From Oikopleura dioica (lineage: Eukaryota; Animalia; Chordata), in contig OU015567.1 in the NCBI GenBank assembly GCA_907165135.1, positions 7,254,001 to 7,318,000 on the forward strand: 64,000 bases of DNA, written 5' to 3'. Under the pieces are notes generated by a model. It was given only the letters and a program-made list of their open reading frames with translations. It was not told where the DNA came from and made no database searches. Positions 25,909-39,053 of this stretch are shown in pieces. Numbering within the stretch: the stretch's first letter is position 1; each line of letters starts with the position of its first letter. Made by a program: the position numbers and the translations under genes.

Positions 25909-27931
25909 TTACAGTTCTTCTTCCGGCTGACCTTGAAGAGCTCGAGCGTCTTTGATGGCATTGATCCGAACTTGTTCCACTTTTGATTTCAAGTCGAAAT
26001 AGAGCATTTCAGCTTGCTCTCTGAAAGAAGAATTAGAGAAGACATTCGAAAAATCGTCGTACCTCGTCGAGTCATCATCATGTTCCAAAAGCTCGATCAT
26101 TTCTTCCATCGCGAAGGGTCTTCTGTTCTTGATGCGGTGCAGTTTTTCATCGAGCTTCTTTTGACGATCCTCGTAGCGCCATTTTTCTTGCATTTTTATC
26201 GACGTCTTTGTTGATGGAGCGCTGGAAAAAGGATTGAAAAGAGAAGGCAAACAAAAACTTACATTAGCAAGGCTCGGAGCTGATTGTAAGCGGCGGTCTG
26301 GGAAAGCGGCTCGACGTTGTAGGAGTACTCGACCTTTTCATCTTCTGTCAGCTCTAGAATTTTCTCGATGGGCGTCAATTCTTGCTCCAGATCAAGCTCC
26401 GCTTCGCGCATCGCCAACGCAGTGATCTTCGACAACTCGGACTCATAAGTCGGCTCCGGCTCGTTTTCATTCTTCTCTTTTTCTTGGACGGGTGGTTCTT
26501 CGTCGAGATTTTGTGTGAGGAAGAATGAATCTTGAGGCATTTCTGTTGGGTCTTTTTGGTCTATGGAGATGTCTTTTTCTTTTTCGAGTGACTGGAGTTG
26601 ACTTTTGGAGTTTTGAATCGCGAGTTGTTCCTTGTGCTTGATTGCTGCTTGTTCTTCTCGGTATGCTTTTATTCTGAAAAGAACTGTAAGAACCTGTTTA
26701 GAAGGATCATAAGACTGACCGTTGATCGACTGTAGACTTCTTTACTTTCGGCTCGAACTCTTGAATAATAATTGGATGCTGAATGACAATTGGCGTCTTC
26801 TTTGGCGGCTCTGTAGCTTGTCTCTGGATGGCCATCCCGTGTCGCTGGGTCAGATACTCTTTCAAAAGTGGAGGATCGCCTTTTACAGATTGCGTAAGAA
26901 TCGTATTCGATATAATCAGCCGCTGAAGTGAGGGCATACTCGCCGCCGGAAGAAGCGATTCTTCTGTCTAAAATCATTGAAATCAACGAAGAGAACGACG
27001 AGAATTTACTTTACCTTGATAGGATTGGAGGATAAATCGAGCAGCTTCAAGTGCTTTAAAATCAAGTGTCCAGTTTCTGAACCGACAACGGGAATCTCCT
27101 CGATGTGGTTTTCATTCAGATAGAGCTCTTGTAGCGACGGAATGTACTGTAGTTGATGGAAACACTGTGATTGAAGCGAATTCGTTGATAGGAGAAGACT
27201 TCTTAGTTTTGTAAATGCGCCATCTTCGATTGTTATTTCTCCGATTTGATTTCCGCTCAGATTTAGGACCTAAAAATTGGCTTGAAGTATTTGGATGCTG
27301 ACTTACTTGAAGGCTTTTTAGCTTTCCAAGGCTAGCCAAGCAATCGCCATTTAGCTTGTTAAAACTCAAGTCCATAAATATCAGGTTTTTGTAGACTTCC
27401 GGGTCGGGCAAGCGAATTCGAAATATACTGTTGTAGCTCATCTCAAGGATTTCCAAGTTTTTGGAGAAACACTGTAACTGATCTAGGTTCAGGTAGTTTT
27501 CTGTGACATCCAGCGTTACCAGGTTTATATCTAAAAAAGCAGTAAGTAAAAGGCTAATTATTGATACAGTACCTTTCATTTCTTCTGAAAGAACATCTGT
27601 ATAACAGCCGCCAAAAAGCCGCGCTTTCGTGAGTAAATGTGCTTCCGGCCAGCCATGATTTCGCAGAAGCTCTTTTAGGGTTAAAATATTCGTCTTGATT
27701 TCGTCATTTTGTTTTGGAGCGGGAAGACCTTCCTGGTGAAGATTCTTGTTTCGATTGTGTTTTTTGCTGTGTTCTTTTGACAAGTTGATGATCCAGTTTC
27801 CGTTTACTGGATCTTGTTTTCTGGCAAAGTTTTAAACAAGGAAAATTTATTTGAAAATACCTGAGATTCTGTGGTCGGAAAACATGATGCGGCACATAAT
27901 CCGACTCTCCTTCAAGTTTCCAACGTGCCAT
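25909..27931 (-). CDS. XRRA1: X-ray radiation resistance-associated protein 1 (LRR protein)
   Basis: N-terminal WKLEGESDYVPHHVFRPQNL, several LRRs, and LLPAASMPSLQRLIISNTILTQSVKGDPPLLKEYLTQRHG resembling XRRA1 LLPVALFPSL..RGVPPLLKSFLQERLG. Confidence 0.75.
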
Positions 27932-28252
27932 TTTTTAAAATCTCATTTTTTCCTCTCGTGTGTCGTCTGAAAAAATAATTTTCAAAACTGAATGAATCTC
28001 AAAAACAAACAAATCTTCAAGGGATATTCTCGAGAATATATTTCTTTAGAATGTTAGTGAGTAAACTTTGAGTCGATTCTTGCGTTACTACGGCAACAGG
28101 ACGGGAATAAATGTTAAAAATCAGAGAGATTAGATTGTCTGAGAGTAGTGGTCACTAAAAGAGAAGATAATAGTTTGAGCTTAGCCTCTAATAAGTTTAT
28201 TGAATTTTTAGTGAGAGCAGATTTAAAATGTGCACAGGAATGGGTAGTCTCT

Positions 28253-28690
28253 TCAGCAGGTTTCGTCAGCGAAAATGATTGCCACCTCTTCTGATTGATT
28301 GCATTCATCGGCGCGTTTGTTGTTCGCCATTTTGGCATCATCGACACCGGCATTGATCGTCTCTCTGAACGAGATGATGTAGCGAAATCGTTTCTCCATT
28401 TCGTCCTTGTTGTTGATTGTTCCTTCCTTCGTTTTCTTCATATGACCACGAGTGGCGGAAAGATGATGGATGCTGCTTACTTTCTGTGGGAATGCTTCGA
28501 TCTCCTTCTTGTATCGGGTTCTCCGAGCGCAGAACCATCTGCTGACGAGGAACAACGGAGAGTCGAGTTCATAAGCGAGTTCTTGCCTTTCCAATTTTGT
28601 TGGGTAAGGGTCCGTCATGAAGGCTTGTTCGAGAAGTCGCTCTTTCTCCTTCTTCGAGAGATGAGTTTTTTGCTCGTTGTTGTTTTGCAT
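28253..28690 (-). CDS. Intronless divergent homeodomain protein
   Basis: LEQAFMTDPYPTKLERQELAYELDSPLFLVSRWFCARRTRYKK follows the homeodomain helix 1-3 pattern. Confidence 0.8.
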   Translation of the reverse strand: MQNNNEQKTHLSKKEKERLLEQAFMTDPYPTKLERQELAYELDSPLFLVSRWFCARRTRYKKEIEAFPQKVSSIHHLSATRGHMKKTKEGTINNKDEMEKRFRYIISFRETINAGVDDAKMANNKRADECNQSEEVAIIFADETC

Positions 28691-28732
28691 TTCTTTCTTG
28701 TCTGATGTTATGACTGGTTAGCATCCGTTCCC

Positions 28733-28740
28733 TTTATATA
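28733..28740 (-). promoter_or_regulatory. TATA box of the homeobox gene
   Basis: TATATAAA on the minus strand about 45 nt upstream of the ATG at 28690. Confidence 0.6.
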
Positions 28741-29747
28741 CCCTGCACAATCGAAAAGGTGGCGCCACAAGAGCACCGATGAAGAGATCAAGCTGGTTAA
28801 AAAATTCCTCCCCTCTCCCGCTGAGAATTAAAGATTCCTGCCGAATATGCCCTGCGTTCTGATGATTATCTTTGCACCAATTCAAATTCGACACTGGAGA
28901 CTTTCAGCTCAGTTTCAGAAATGCTACTTAGCTGATATTTCATGTTTTTTTTGTATTTTTATTACTCAATATAAAGTATTAGTAAAGTTGAAAGAAATCT
29001 TTGAAGAATGGATAACATCGGGTGTCGAAGGTCGAATAGAGAGAAAAAGTCTTCATGTATATTGTTTTATGGGTCAGAGAAAATGTTGCAAAGCTCGGTT
29101 GATTGAATTTGAACAAGAATTATTTAGATAAAAAAATGATGAACAGAATTTTTACTGTCTGGGTTGAATATGAATTATTTTAAAAAGTTATACTTGGTTA
29201 TTTCATTATTGAGTGTTTTACATGGTAATTAGTACTTTAATGGAAGGAGTCGATTATTGTACTGTACAAGCCACGTACCAAAAGGATCAAATGTAGAATT
29301 GTTGAGTGGAACTTGGAGTCTATTTAAAAAACACACAGTCTAACTACTGTAACACATTGAACATGAGTAACACCAGTAAGCAGAGATTTCGCGAGTAGGC
29401 AACTGTAAGGCTTGTGAATAATAATAATAAATAAAGTTATGCGTGTTTAAATATTTACATAAAAACTCGGGGCTGTTTTTTCTTGCTTTTTCTTTAATTA
29501 AGTGTGAACGAAAATAGAACGGTGGGAGACATAGAGCAGCTTCTAGTTGAACGTTGTGAAAGTGGAAGTGAAGTTTGAAGAGCGCATCAGTTGCAGAATT
29601 AATGGAGGAGCAAGTTACATTGTCGTTATTTTGTCGGCCCATTCCACAAGTGCGGCGACGAGGACATGGAGGAGAAATTCACGTGCAGCCCGTGCAGACC
29701 GTTGTTTTGCTGGTGGTAATGGCTGGAAATGGAATTTAGGGATTGGG

Positions 29748-31490
29748 TTAGGAAAAATAGTCGTACTTATTCGGCTGGCCTTGTTGCGGTGGATTCGGCC
29801 TCTGGACAGGAACTGTATGATGCGGATGAATGTATTGATACTGGCCGAGATTGTTTCTGACGTAGTTTGCTGGATTAACTGTAACTGGCGTGTACTGCTG
29901 GTTCGGATCTGGCGCCATGTGAGCATGCGTGCTCGTCTGCGGCAGCTCGCCCTGTTGCGCCGGTGGCAAACCGTTGTATCCTCGATGCTGGAGTTGAGTT
30001 GCATTATTCCCGTTCGGCGCGCTTAGAGGCGCCTTGTTCGAGTTGCCTTTCGTCTTTTGCGTTGTTGTTTTTTGTTGATGCTTGTTCTCGCTTGTCACTT
30101 GTTGCACGATTTGGTTCTGCGGATGTCCGTTTAGTCGCGGGTTCTGGCGATGATCACTCGGGGTTGCCCGTTTGTGGGGCTCTTCTCGCAGCACCCGCCG
30201 CGTCCTCGATCGTTTTGCTTGTTCCTAAAATATGCTTTATATTCCGAAAAGCTGGAGAAACTGTACCTTGTCATATTTTTCGCGTTGCTCGGGCGTCATT
30301 AAACTCAACGCCAGGCCATTTGCCTCTTTTAAACTGTTGAGTTCGTTTATCAAATCGTTGATTAGCTGGTCCTTCGACTTGCTTTCTTCTTCAATCATAG
30401 TGAGCATGATCTTTTTGCCGTAGTCGAAGAACTCCGTAATCTTGCAGATCGTCTCGTTCGAGCGCACTGGCTCGTCACTTTCAACGCGTACTGGTGCCGC
30501 CACCGGTACTGTACGTTTTTGATCTGATAGAATGGGTATTCAAAAACGGTATAAAAAAGCGTAACTCACCGAAAATTTTCTTATCAGGTTTTGGCCTCGG
30601 TTCATAATTTTCTGAAGCCGCAGATGAAGTGGGTTGCTGAGCTTCGCGCAATTGATTTCTCGGAACCTGATTCTCATCTTTCGCTTTTTCCTCGAGCTCT
30701 TTCACTGGACTTGCGACTTTGGAGATTACTTTTTCAGGTGCTTCCCGCGGCTCGCCAGCTTCAAATAATTATAAATGGATACAATAATTGAAAGTATACC
30801 TGGCGACTTTGATTTCGCCCCGTCAACGTCAATTTGCCCGTGATTTTGCTCCTTGACTTTCGCGAAGCCGTCGAGAATGGTTATCAAACTGATAGTAGAA
30901 GGCTTCATCGGTGGCCCGAATTCCGGTGCTTTGTTCACCAACTCGGGGGACTTGGGCGTCGAGTTCTTGCCTACTTCGTGCTTCAACTCAACTCTTCTCA
31001 CGACGTTGATATCTTTACCAGAAGCTGCGTGGCGAATCCCGTCGCCTTCGTTGGGCACTTTATCGGTGATCTCCCACCGATCCTTGCTCCATTTGTTGTT
31101 TAATTTAACGCGGATGAATTGTTTCTTGTTCGCTGCTGTTGTTTCCGGCTTCTTCGCGCTCGGGTCGGGCGCTGTTTTGACGCTGGAACCGGTGTTGATG
31201 TGGATTTGAGTGTTGTTCGTGATCAGCGGCTCTTCGTCGTCGTCCGAGTCGTCTTCAGAGGATGAAGAAGAGGACTTAGATAAGGTTGAATATATAGTTG
31301 GAGAAGTACAGTGTACCTTATCGGGATTATCAACGCCATGGTCAAGCGGGTCGTGCTTCAACGATTGCGGCTTGTCAAGCCGTTTGACTCTCTGTTGGAT
31401 TTCGACGACCCTGAACCCGCTGTTGGAGCCAACAGGCTCAATTGGCACTGTACGATCCATTGTTTCGTTACTACTGTTCGTGCCTTTCAT
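29748..31490 (-). CDS. TSC22D: TSC22/Bunched long-isoform-like protein
   Basis: Motif 1 SGFRVVEI, motif 2 QFIRVKLNNKWSKDRWEITD, divergent TSC box/leucine zipper KITEFFDYGKKIMLTMIEEE..LKEANGLALSLMTPEQ, and a Q/P-rich C-terminus. Confidence 0.65.
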
Positions 31491-32008
31491 CCAGACTTCA
31501 TGAGTGCTCTTTTAGAAACTCTTGTCAGTGTTTCTCTTCGATTCGGATCGTCATTCTAGCGCGAGTTCATAAGTAGGGAGGGTCATAAGAAAATTCGCAA
31601 ATATTTAAACTCCACTATTCGCGGAAAAGTGAGGCTGTGGCATGGCAAACAGATACAGCTTTTAACAGATACAGCAGTACTAAAGAAGAACTTCTCTAAA
31701 CGATTTGAGAACGATTGAGGCAGAATTAAAAATAGACTTGAAAAAGAGGCAGTTTTGGGAGTTCATTTTAGCCGGTGATACCGTAGCGTGGGCGCCGAGC
31801 AAGACGCCCTGAGCGCGAGAGACAGATGAACTTTCTGATAGCGAAAAATACATGTAATGTATTGAACTTTTGGAAATGTGAATTTTCTAAATTGAGGGTA
31901 TGACGGTAACACGGCAGTGATGAACTTCAATTACATAATTTAAGAAACAATAACTTTTGACGTCATTAAATATAGGAAAATGACTTCATCTCTGAAAAGC
32001 ACTGTGTC

Positions 32009-34339
32009 AGTCAGAATGAGCATCTAGTGACATCGAGTCACCATACTCATCATCGCAAGGAGAAACAGGGAAGCCATAAGTTCGCTTGATCCACTGTCCT
32101 TCAATTTCTTCCCCGATTGATTTTCCTTTGATCTAAAAAAAGGAGCAGTTAAAATTAAGAAAAAAACTATCGACAAACCTTGGCAGAGCACAGCCAGACC
32201 CAAGGCATCCGATGATAGTCCACCGGTTTCTCCAAAAAGATTTTAAATTTCTTCTTGCTGTTGAAAGTTGTTGTAATCCGTTCTTTCAGATCGTATAAGG
32301 TGGAGACTTCCTTCATTTGCTTCATATAAGGATCGTAGTTGTCTGGTCGACCGGTTGGATGCTTCTCATCAAACCAGCATTCGACTATCATGGCGGGTTT
32401 ATCCTTCGAGACTTCGACATCTCTGTGGCAGTTCATCAGTCGACCACTTTCCAGAAGCTTATGCGTAACGACAACGGGAGAGTTCTTTGGATCATCCAAG
32501 TCGGTTAAGATAAGACTCGATTTACTCCAAACTAAAGAGGTGTTTATGCCTTAGATAATCAAAATTCTGAGCTGATATTTTCTCAAAGAAAATACATAAA
32601 AACATCATTTTTATCGAAAATACGCGACTCTAGAAATTACCTTCAACTTTGGGAATCTGAAAATCCGCCAAAATTCGCGGATTCTTTCTCAGACAGCTTC
32701 TGATGCTCGTCAGTTCTCGCTCGTCTCGAGGGTAGATCATGAAGCTGTTGAGAATTATCCCGCGACAGTTTCTTTGTTCGTCGTACGGGATGTAGTCGAT
32801 TTTAAAATGCTTCTTTAGTCGGGTGAATACTTCCTTGCTTCGTATTTCCGGATCGTTGGTTTCATAACAAATCTGCAGAGCTAGCGGCAGTCGAGTTTCA
32901 CTGAAAGACTCTGAAAAAGAAAATAATGAATGCGTTGGATATTCCGCGTTACTTGTCAGGTATCGAAGGGCCATTCGATGCAGATCTCCTGTGACTTCAT
33001 TTTTGTAGATGACGGTGGCGGTTTTTCTTTTTTCGCGAGAGGACTCGACAAGGTCCAAAATCTGCTCCATCTTTTTGTATGGTCGGATGAATCCAGCTTC
33101 GATTAATACTCGCGCTCTGAAAACATTCTGTTTTCATTTTTGAATGCCCGGATTACTTGACAATTAAAAATGTAATTTCACTCACCTAAGAGAAATGGCT
33201 TGAATCATCGGCAGCCCCAATTCCTGTCGATCTGGATGCTCGAGGGTAATCAATGGCGCGTCCCGAAAACTCCATTTCGGCAACTGTTCGTTAGGTGAGT
33301 CGATATAAAGTATCTTCTGCGCAGAGAGCTCCCGCCAGTACGCGTTAATAGCATCAACTTTAACCAAAGAAAAGGGCGCTGGAGTCGCTCCAAATGCGGT
33401 AAACGCGACTCCTTCTGCTGGGCGATGAAGATTCAAAACCGGCGAGAATTTGAAGTCGTGTTCCCGAACTTAATTTCTTATTTTACAGGTTTCCTAAAAT
33501 TTTCACTCTGAAGAACTTACTGCAGTTTTGAGCTTCTCGGGCGGCGATGATAAATTCCGGTTCATTTCTCTTCGTTGCTTCGCGCTTTTGAAAGTCGTCG
33601 ACGATTTCCTTCCGTGTTTCAAAGATATCCTGCTCTGACTCAAGTTCCATCGTCCTTTCCTTCATTCTTCGCTCAAGTTGGGCTTTCACTGTACCTTCCT
33701 GAATGATCATTTGCCTCGCGAACTCTTCGCGCATCTCTTTGCCCGATCTTTGACGGCCTTGATCATCTTTGCCTTCTGGATGTTTAACTCTTCGACCATG
33801 CAATCCGACAGCAGCTGAACTAGAGCCGTAAAAGTGGTGAAAACAGTAAAACATAGGCAGAAACGACATCATAAAACTTTCCAATGCATAATTAACGCGA
33901 TTACATAATTACAAATTTGAATCTCACGTGAACGAATTATTCTATTAGAATTGTTTGATTAGTTTAAAACTAATCATCAAAAAACGAGTCACCGACCAAA
34001 CCCTTCGAAAATCAAAATTACCTGTACGTCATCAATATTTTTGTCGATTATATCATCAAATTGCTTTCTACTTCTCAAATTTGAGCTCGGAAAGATCGAT
34101 TCAACCTCGTGATAGTTCTTATTGCTCTTATTGTGTTCTGCGATTCGTTTTACATGCTTGGCGCAGTAGAACTTGATCCCTCCGGGACAGCGATCGCATT
34201 TGAATGATGGCGTTTGTGTTTCACCGACGAAAACGCAAATTGCGCAGCCATTCGGATCAAAGATCTCGGCCATTTTCCTCGTTTTCTTGATGAAATCATC
34301 GAGTACTTGCTTTCGTCTCTGAGCAGTATCGACACTCAT
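32009..34339 (-). CDS. Uncharacterised multi-exon protein with N-terminal B-box-like zinc finger and coiled coil
   Basis: CAIC..CDRC..YCAKH..H..H in 33989-34339, coiled coil in 33483-33800, and further co-oriented exons (33182-33436, 32630-33070, 32167-32499) bounded by GT-AG sites. Confidence 0.6.
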
Positions 34340-34630
34340 TTCTAAAAAACAGCTTTTTCAATGAGGATCAAAGTAAAATGAATCAGTACAGTTTTGCTAA
34401 TGCTAAAGAGCTCCAATCAAGCTCGTATTGAATCAAAATACTGACTCAAGCGTGTCTAAAAACTAAGAAGGTCTGAAAAAAGAAGACAATCACAGAATTT
34501 CTCTTATTCAATTGAAAACGTTTTTCAATATTGAAAATCGAAATGGTAGTTACAAATGTTACGAAGGAAGTTCGCAGGGGCTGTCATAATCATATTTTAA
34601 CGAGAATTCCGCCCGGGGGTATTTTTGTCT

Positions 34631-36321
34631 TCAGGGTTTCTTTGACCGATTTATTTGACCATTGTCTTCCAGAATCTGGCGCAGACAGTTGTTGATGTGC
34701 TTCCATCGGTCGCCTCCAAGGTGAATTCCTCCGTACCAACGAGTCACGATCACGGCGATGTTCATTGCGCCCGTTATGTCCACGAGATGCAACATTCGAC
34801 CCTGAACACAACCTCATTATTGATGAAGTAGCCTACTTAAACTTGAGGTCTTCAAGTAGGCAAATTGAAATTCTATGGGGTATTCCGTGTTTTTATGAAC
34901 TGAGCAAAATAATAAAATAGCCATGCCTTGCGTGGCTAACTTTACTATTGGAAGCTGCGAATGGCATCTCAATTTAGAAACAATTGTTCCCGAATAGCAT
35001 CATTAAAAATTTTATTCCCAAGTCCTTAAACTCACAAAGCCTTAAATCACTAACGGTCCATAACCGGTCATAAAAATAAAAGTTCACCCCAAACTCGAAA
35101 AATAATCCCCTCTCTAAGCCATTACCTCTGCTCCACTCTCTCCATCTTCATCAGCATCTGACTTGACTATTCCATTTTCGTTGACTTTATAAACAAACTA
35201 GAAAAAAGCTCGTGTTTTTCTCGGAAAATTAGACTACCATGTTGTGAGTAGCCGACGCAATTTTTCGATTTTGAAGGAGTTTTTCTCGAAATCTGAGCGC
35301 TTCGGCTACTGTATTAACTTTTGCATAAAAGGGCTGGAAAGTGGACTTGCGATCGATAATTGTCTCGCCGGCGACGATTGCGATATCGCTGATGAGCGGG
35401 TCCTCAATTTTCTCAGCCGGCTTCTCACTCTTTTGGTATTCCAAGGAAGCTGCCTCTCTAGATTTCTTGGCTCTCTCACCATCGGCCAAGGTTAGTATCT
35501 CTTTAGGACGCTCAAACCAGTTCGATTTCAAATAATTATCGATTGGGAAATTTACCAAGACCTTGATTGACGAAAACACGCAAATGAATAAACTCTAAGA
35601 AAGCAAGAAATCGCTTATTATTTCATCAAATGTTATACAAATCTTATACTGCTTATAAATTCGAAAATATTAGGATTAATATGTCTCAAAGTTTGATGAT
35701 AGTTTTGGGACATGCTAATCCGTTTATTTTTCATTATGATTGTCTGTTATTGATTGGGCTCGGCAACCTGCTTAGAAAACCTGAGTCAGGGACCTGATAA
35801 AGCTCTTATAAAAGCCGCGTGACTTTTTCAGGACCCTGATTCAGGCTTTTTTCACAGGTTATCGAGCCGAACGTCGATATTTTTTACATTCAGCATACTG
35901 TATGCTGCATACACTAACTTTTCTCAATTTTTAAACTCATCTTATTGTCTAAGGGTTGAAAGATGAATAAATTAACTCGTGTCGAACGTTTTCCTCGAAC
36001 TTTCTCCGCCCACTCAAAGACAATTGGCTCTCCAGATGAAAACATATCCTCTAATTCTTTGATGAGAGCGCTCTTTTCTTCACGTTGCAAAAAGAACGCC
36101 TGCACAGATACAGCAGGGCAGTGGAGGGGATAGTCAGCGGCAATTTCTACCCTCAGTGATGCTTCTAGCGAGCTTTCTTCCCCCTGCAAGAGATGTTCAA
36201 ATTGATTATATATAAAACAAACCTTGAAATTGATCTCAATACACTTGTCCGACAAAACATCTATTTCTTCATAAATGCTTTGTAAAGCGAGGATTTCATC
36301 GGACCACTCTTCCGTGGTCAT
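34631..36321 (-). CDS. IMPACT: Protein IMPACT (RWD + UPF0029 domain)
   Basis: DEILALQSIY (RWD), IIDRKSTFQ, NRKIASATHNM, DADEDGESGA, and last exon GRMLHLVDI..VIVTRWYGGIHLGGDRWKHINNC..* (stop 34631-34633). Confidence 0.93.
35758..35868. mobile_element. MITE (family C) in an IMPACT intron
   Basis: gctcggcaacctg..aaaacctgagtcaggg mirrored by ccctgattcagg..caggttatcgagc. Related copy at 38605-38737. Confidence 0.7.
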
Positions 36322-36423
36322 AGTCTACCAGACAGATTGACGGACAGACAAACTTCAGACAAGAAAGCACAGTCTTCAATACAGTGTGATTCAGTTCTAG
36401 TGCAGTATCTTTTTATTTTTGCT

Positions 36424-38084
36424 TCAAAGAAAAGTTGAGGGAAGCTGAACTAGGGCAGAGTTGGAGCGGCGATCCTTCGCTCGATTTTTTACAGGAGTGC
36501 GGCTTACGAGACCCACGTCGTTGATGGAATGTCGTCTTTGAGACCTAAGAGTAAGTTGGAAGAAAATTCAAGAGCGGAGCTTCTTGCTACCTTTCCATCG
36601 CTTCGGTGAAGAAATCTGAAGTGTCGGATAACGGCGTTTCTGCCTCAAACTTGTCTTCTTCCGCTAGTAAAATGTCTCCTTTAATTTCTTCTTCAGCTGG
36701 CTTTTGAAGCTCAAGTTCTATGGAATTGCTTCTTTCCTGGATTCTTTCTTCAGCAGGAGATCTGACGAAAGACTCGTGAAAACTGCCCACAGATTTTACC
36801 CAAGGAAGAAAAACGGTCGCTTTTCCAGGCGATTTTGAAATGATTTCCTCCGCCGTTTCCAACTGCACATATTAATTAAGTTTCAGTTATTGAAGTTGAA
36901 GTTTTAATTACTTTGATTGGGCGGCAGCGTTTTCTGATTCCTTTTGGGAGCTCGGGCATGTCCAAGATTTTGTTGTAGTCGACTAGCAGCGATGTTAACT
37001 CGGGCATCGCGCTTAATTGATTGGTAACTTAATAAGTAATACTTATCATTGAGTAGGGGGTTCTGACGATATCTATAGAGAGTTCTCTCCTTGCAAAACC
37101 TGAGTCACGGTCCGGGCAGAGGTTTTTTCGAAAAAAAAGTCGATTAAAAAGTGGTTTGAAATTACCTGATGGTCCGGGGCAAATAGGTGATTTCATTATT
37201 TTCGAGGTCAAGAATAGTGAGCTTGGGGAGAAATGTAACTTCGATGGGTAGCGAGTCGAGTTGATTGTTGTACAACCACAGGCCGCGCAATTCAGAGCAT
37301 TTTTTTAATCTGCGGCGCGATGGTTTCAATTCTGTTCTGACCCAGGTGAAGATAGGTCAGCGACTCGAGACGATGGAGGTCGCCGGGGATGCTTTTCAAA
37401 TTGTTCTTTTCCAGCCATAGAGATTTGAGTGAAGGGCACTTGCGGAGCGTCGATGTTTTCAGACTGTTTAGGTTGTTGTCGTTCATGTAGAACACGCTCA
37501 GATATCTTCAAAGGGAAGCAATCAGAACATGAGTTGGAGAAGGGTTTTCAGACTTACTGTAGGCTTGTAACTTGGGGTGGAATATTTCTGAAGTAGTTGG
37601 AGTCAAGGCACAGGACTTGGATGAATTGAAGTTCTTGCACGGCGTCTGGCAGACGGGTGAGGCGACAGTCGTTCAAGTACAGTCGAGTGATGTGTATCAA
37701 CATGTCATCGTAAATGACCTGTTGGACAATCGGAAACAGCTCATACTCGAGTGGTAGATCTCGCAGGCCTCGGTAGCCAAAATCTTCAAAAAGACATCCA
37801 AAAAACAGTGAAAAAGCGTTGGGCTTACCGATAGTATCTTGTCCATGGCAAATACGTCTCTTTTTCCTGTCGAGTTTTAGGAGAATTGTGTAGACGAAGT
37901 CGCACACAGAGACTAAAAAATACATCTTACACATTTCCTCTAACTTTTTCACCATCTGTGCGATAGAATGCTGAATAATTGCTAGTAGATATTGTGGAAT
38001 ATAGAAATTACCGACGATGGCATTCATGGGCACCATAAATGTTAATGAAGATAATTCACACTCGCGTCCCTCACTACTGGACAC
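36424..38084 (-). CDS. Leucine-rich repeat protein, LRRC10-like (start uncertain)
   Basis: Tandem LRRs ITRLYLNDCRL, IQVLCLDSNYF, LKSLWLEKNNL, LTYLHLGQNRI, LRGLWLYNNQL, LTILDLENNEI in LRRC10-like order. One A-run frameshift at about 37300. Stop at 36424-36426. Confidence 0.65.
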
Positions 38085-38604
38085 TTGTTCATTACTGGAA
38101 ACTCTGCTCGTGGCTAGAGTTTTGGAACGATTGGCTTTTTAATTGATGATCTCTTTTCTTCTTGTTTTTGCTACCGTGAGTCCTCTATGTCTTCAAAATT
38201 TGTCCTCATTTCTCTCTGCGTTCTGGTGAGCGAGTGAGCGATACAGTGAAAGTGGATTACAAGCGGCCTGTCTGTATGAGAGCTGCACCTGTCGCTTCGA
38301 ACAATCAAATTTGAGGCTCGAGCCACGAGATGGCGAAGCCGACAAGTCCGATCGCAAGTGGATTAGCTCCAAGACCGCCCCAAGAATTATTTTCTTTCTC
38401 TAGTATCGACCTTTTTCAAAATCCAAGATTATAAAGATCTGTCAAAAAGTGTCACTGGACGACGAACGAATAAAAAAGTATTGAGAACATGTTAGATCTA
38501 TCGTACGATCTTGGGATAATTTGGGGGCATTATATTGATCAGTATTTTTTTTATTAATCCGAAATGAGATTATCCCGCCCGCGTACCACGACCACCGAAG
38601 CTTT

Positions 38605-38737
38605 GCTCCGCAACCTGTGTGGGAAAACTGAGTCAGGGTTAGAGACCATCTCTATTAGTAAGTATGGCGAATCCGCGAAGCGGCTTGGAAGCTCTTTCAG
38701 AACCCTGACTCAGGTTCCCTACACAGGTTCGCGAGCG
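38605..38737. mobile_element. MITE (family C), copy 2
   Basis: gctccgcaacctgtgtgggaaaactgagtcagggtt mirrored by aaccctgactcaggttccctacacaggttcgcgagc. Confidence 0.75.
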
Positions 38738-39053
38738 CAACGCTAAAGAACCATAAATTCTACTGGTTTTAGTAGAGACCGGAAAGAAAACCAACAGACG
38801 AAAATTTAGCTGAATGCCAGTTGTCGGTTGGACGCTTTTATCTGTAGGTCTTCCAGCACTAGAATTGGCTAATATTGAAAGTATGGCCCGCTGCAACCCT
38901 GGCATCCGAATTATAAGGCTCCTAGGTACGTGTGGGTTGGACAAGTAATCTATTGTATTCAAGTTCTTAAAGTTTCAAGAAACAGTAATTTAGACTAAGA
39001 GCAGTAAGTAATGATCAGGCAGGATGAAAAGTTCTTCTAAAAATTTGACTAAA

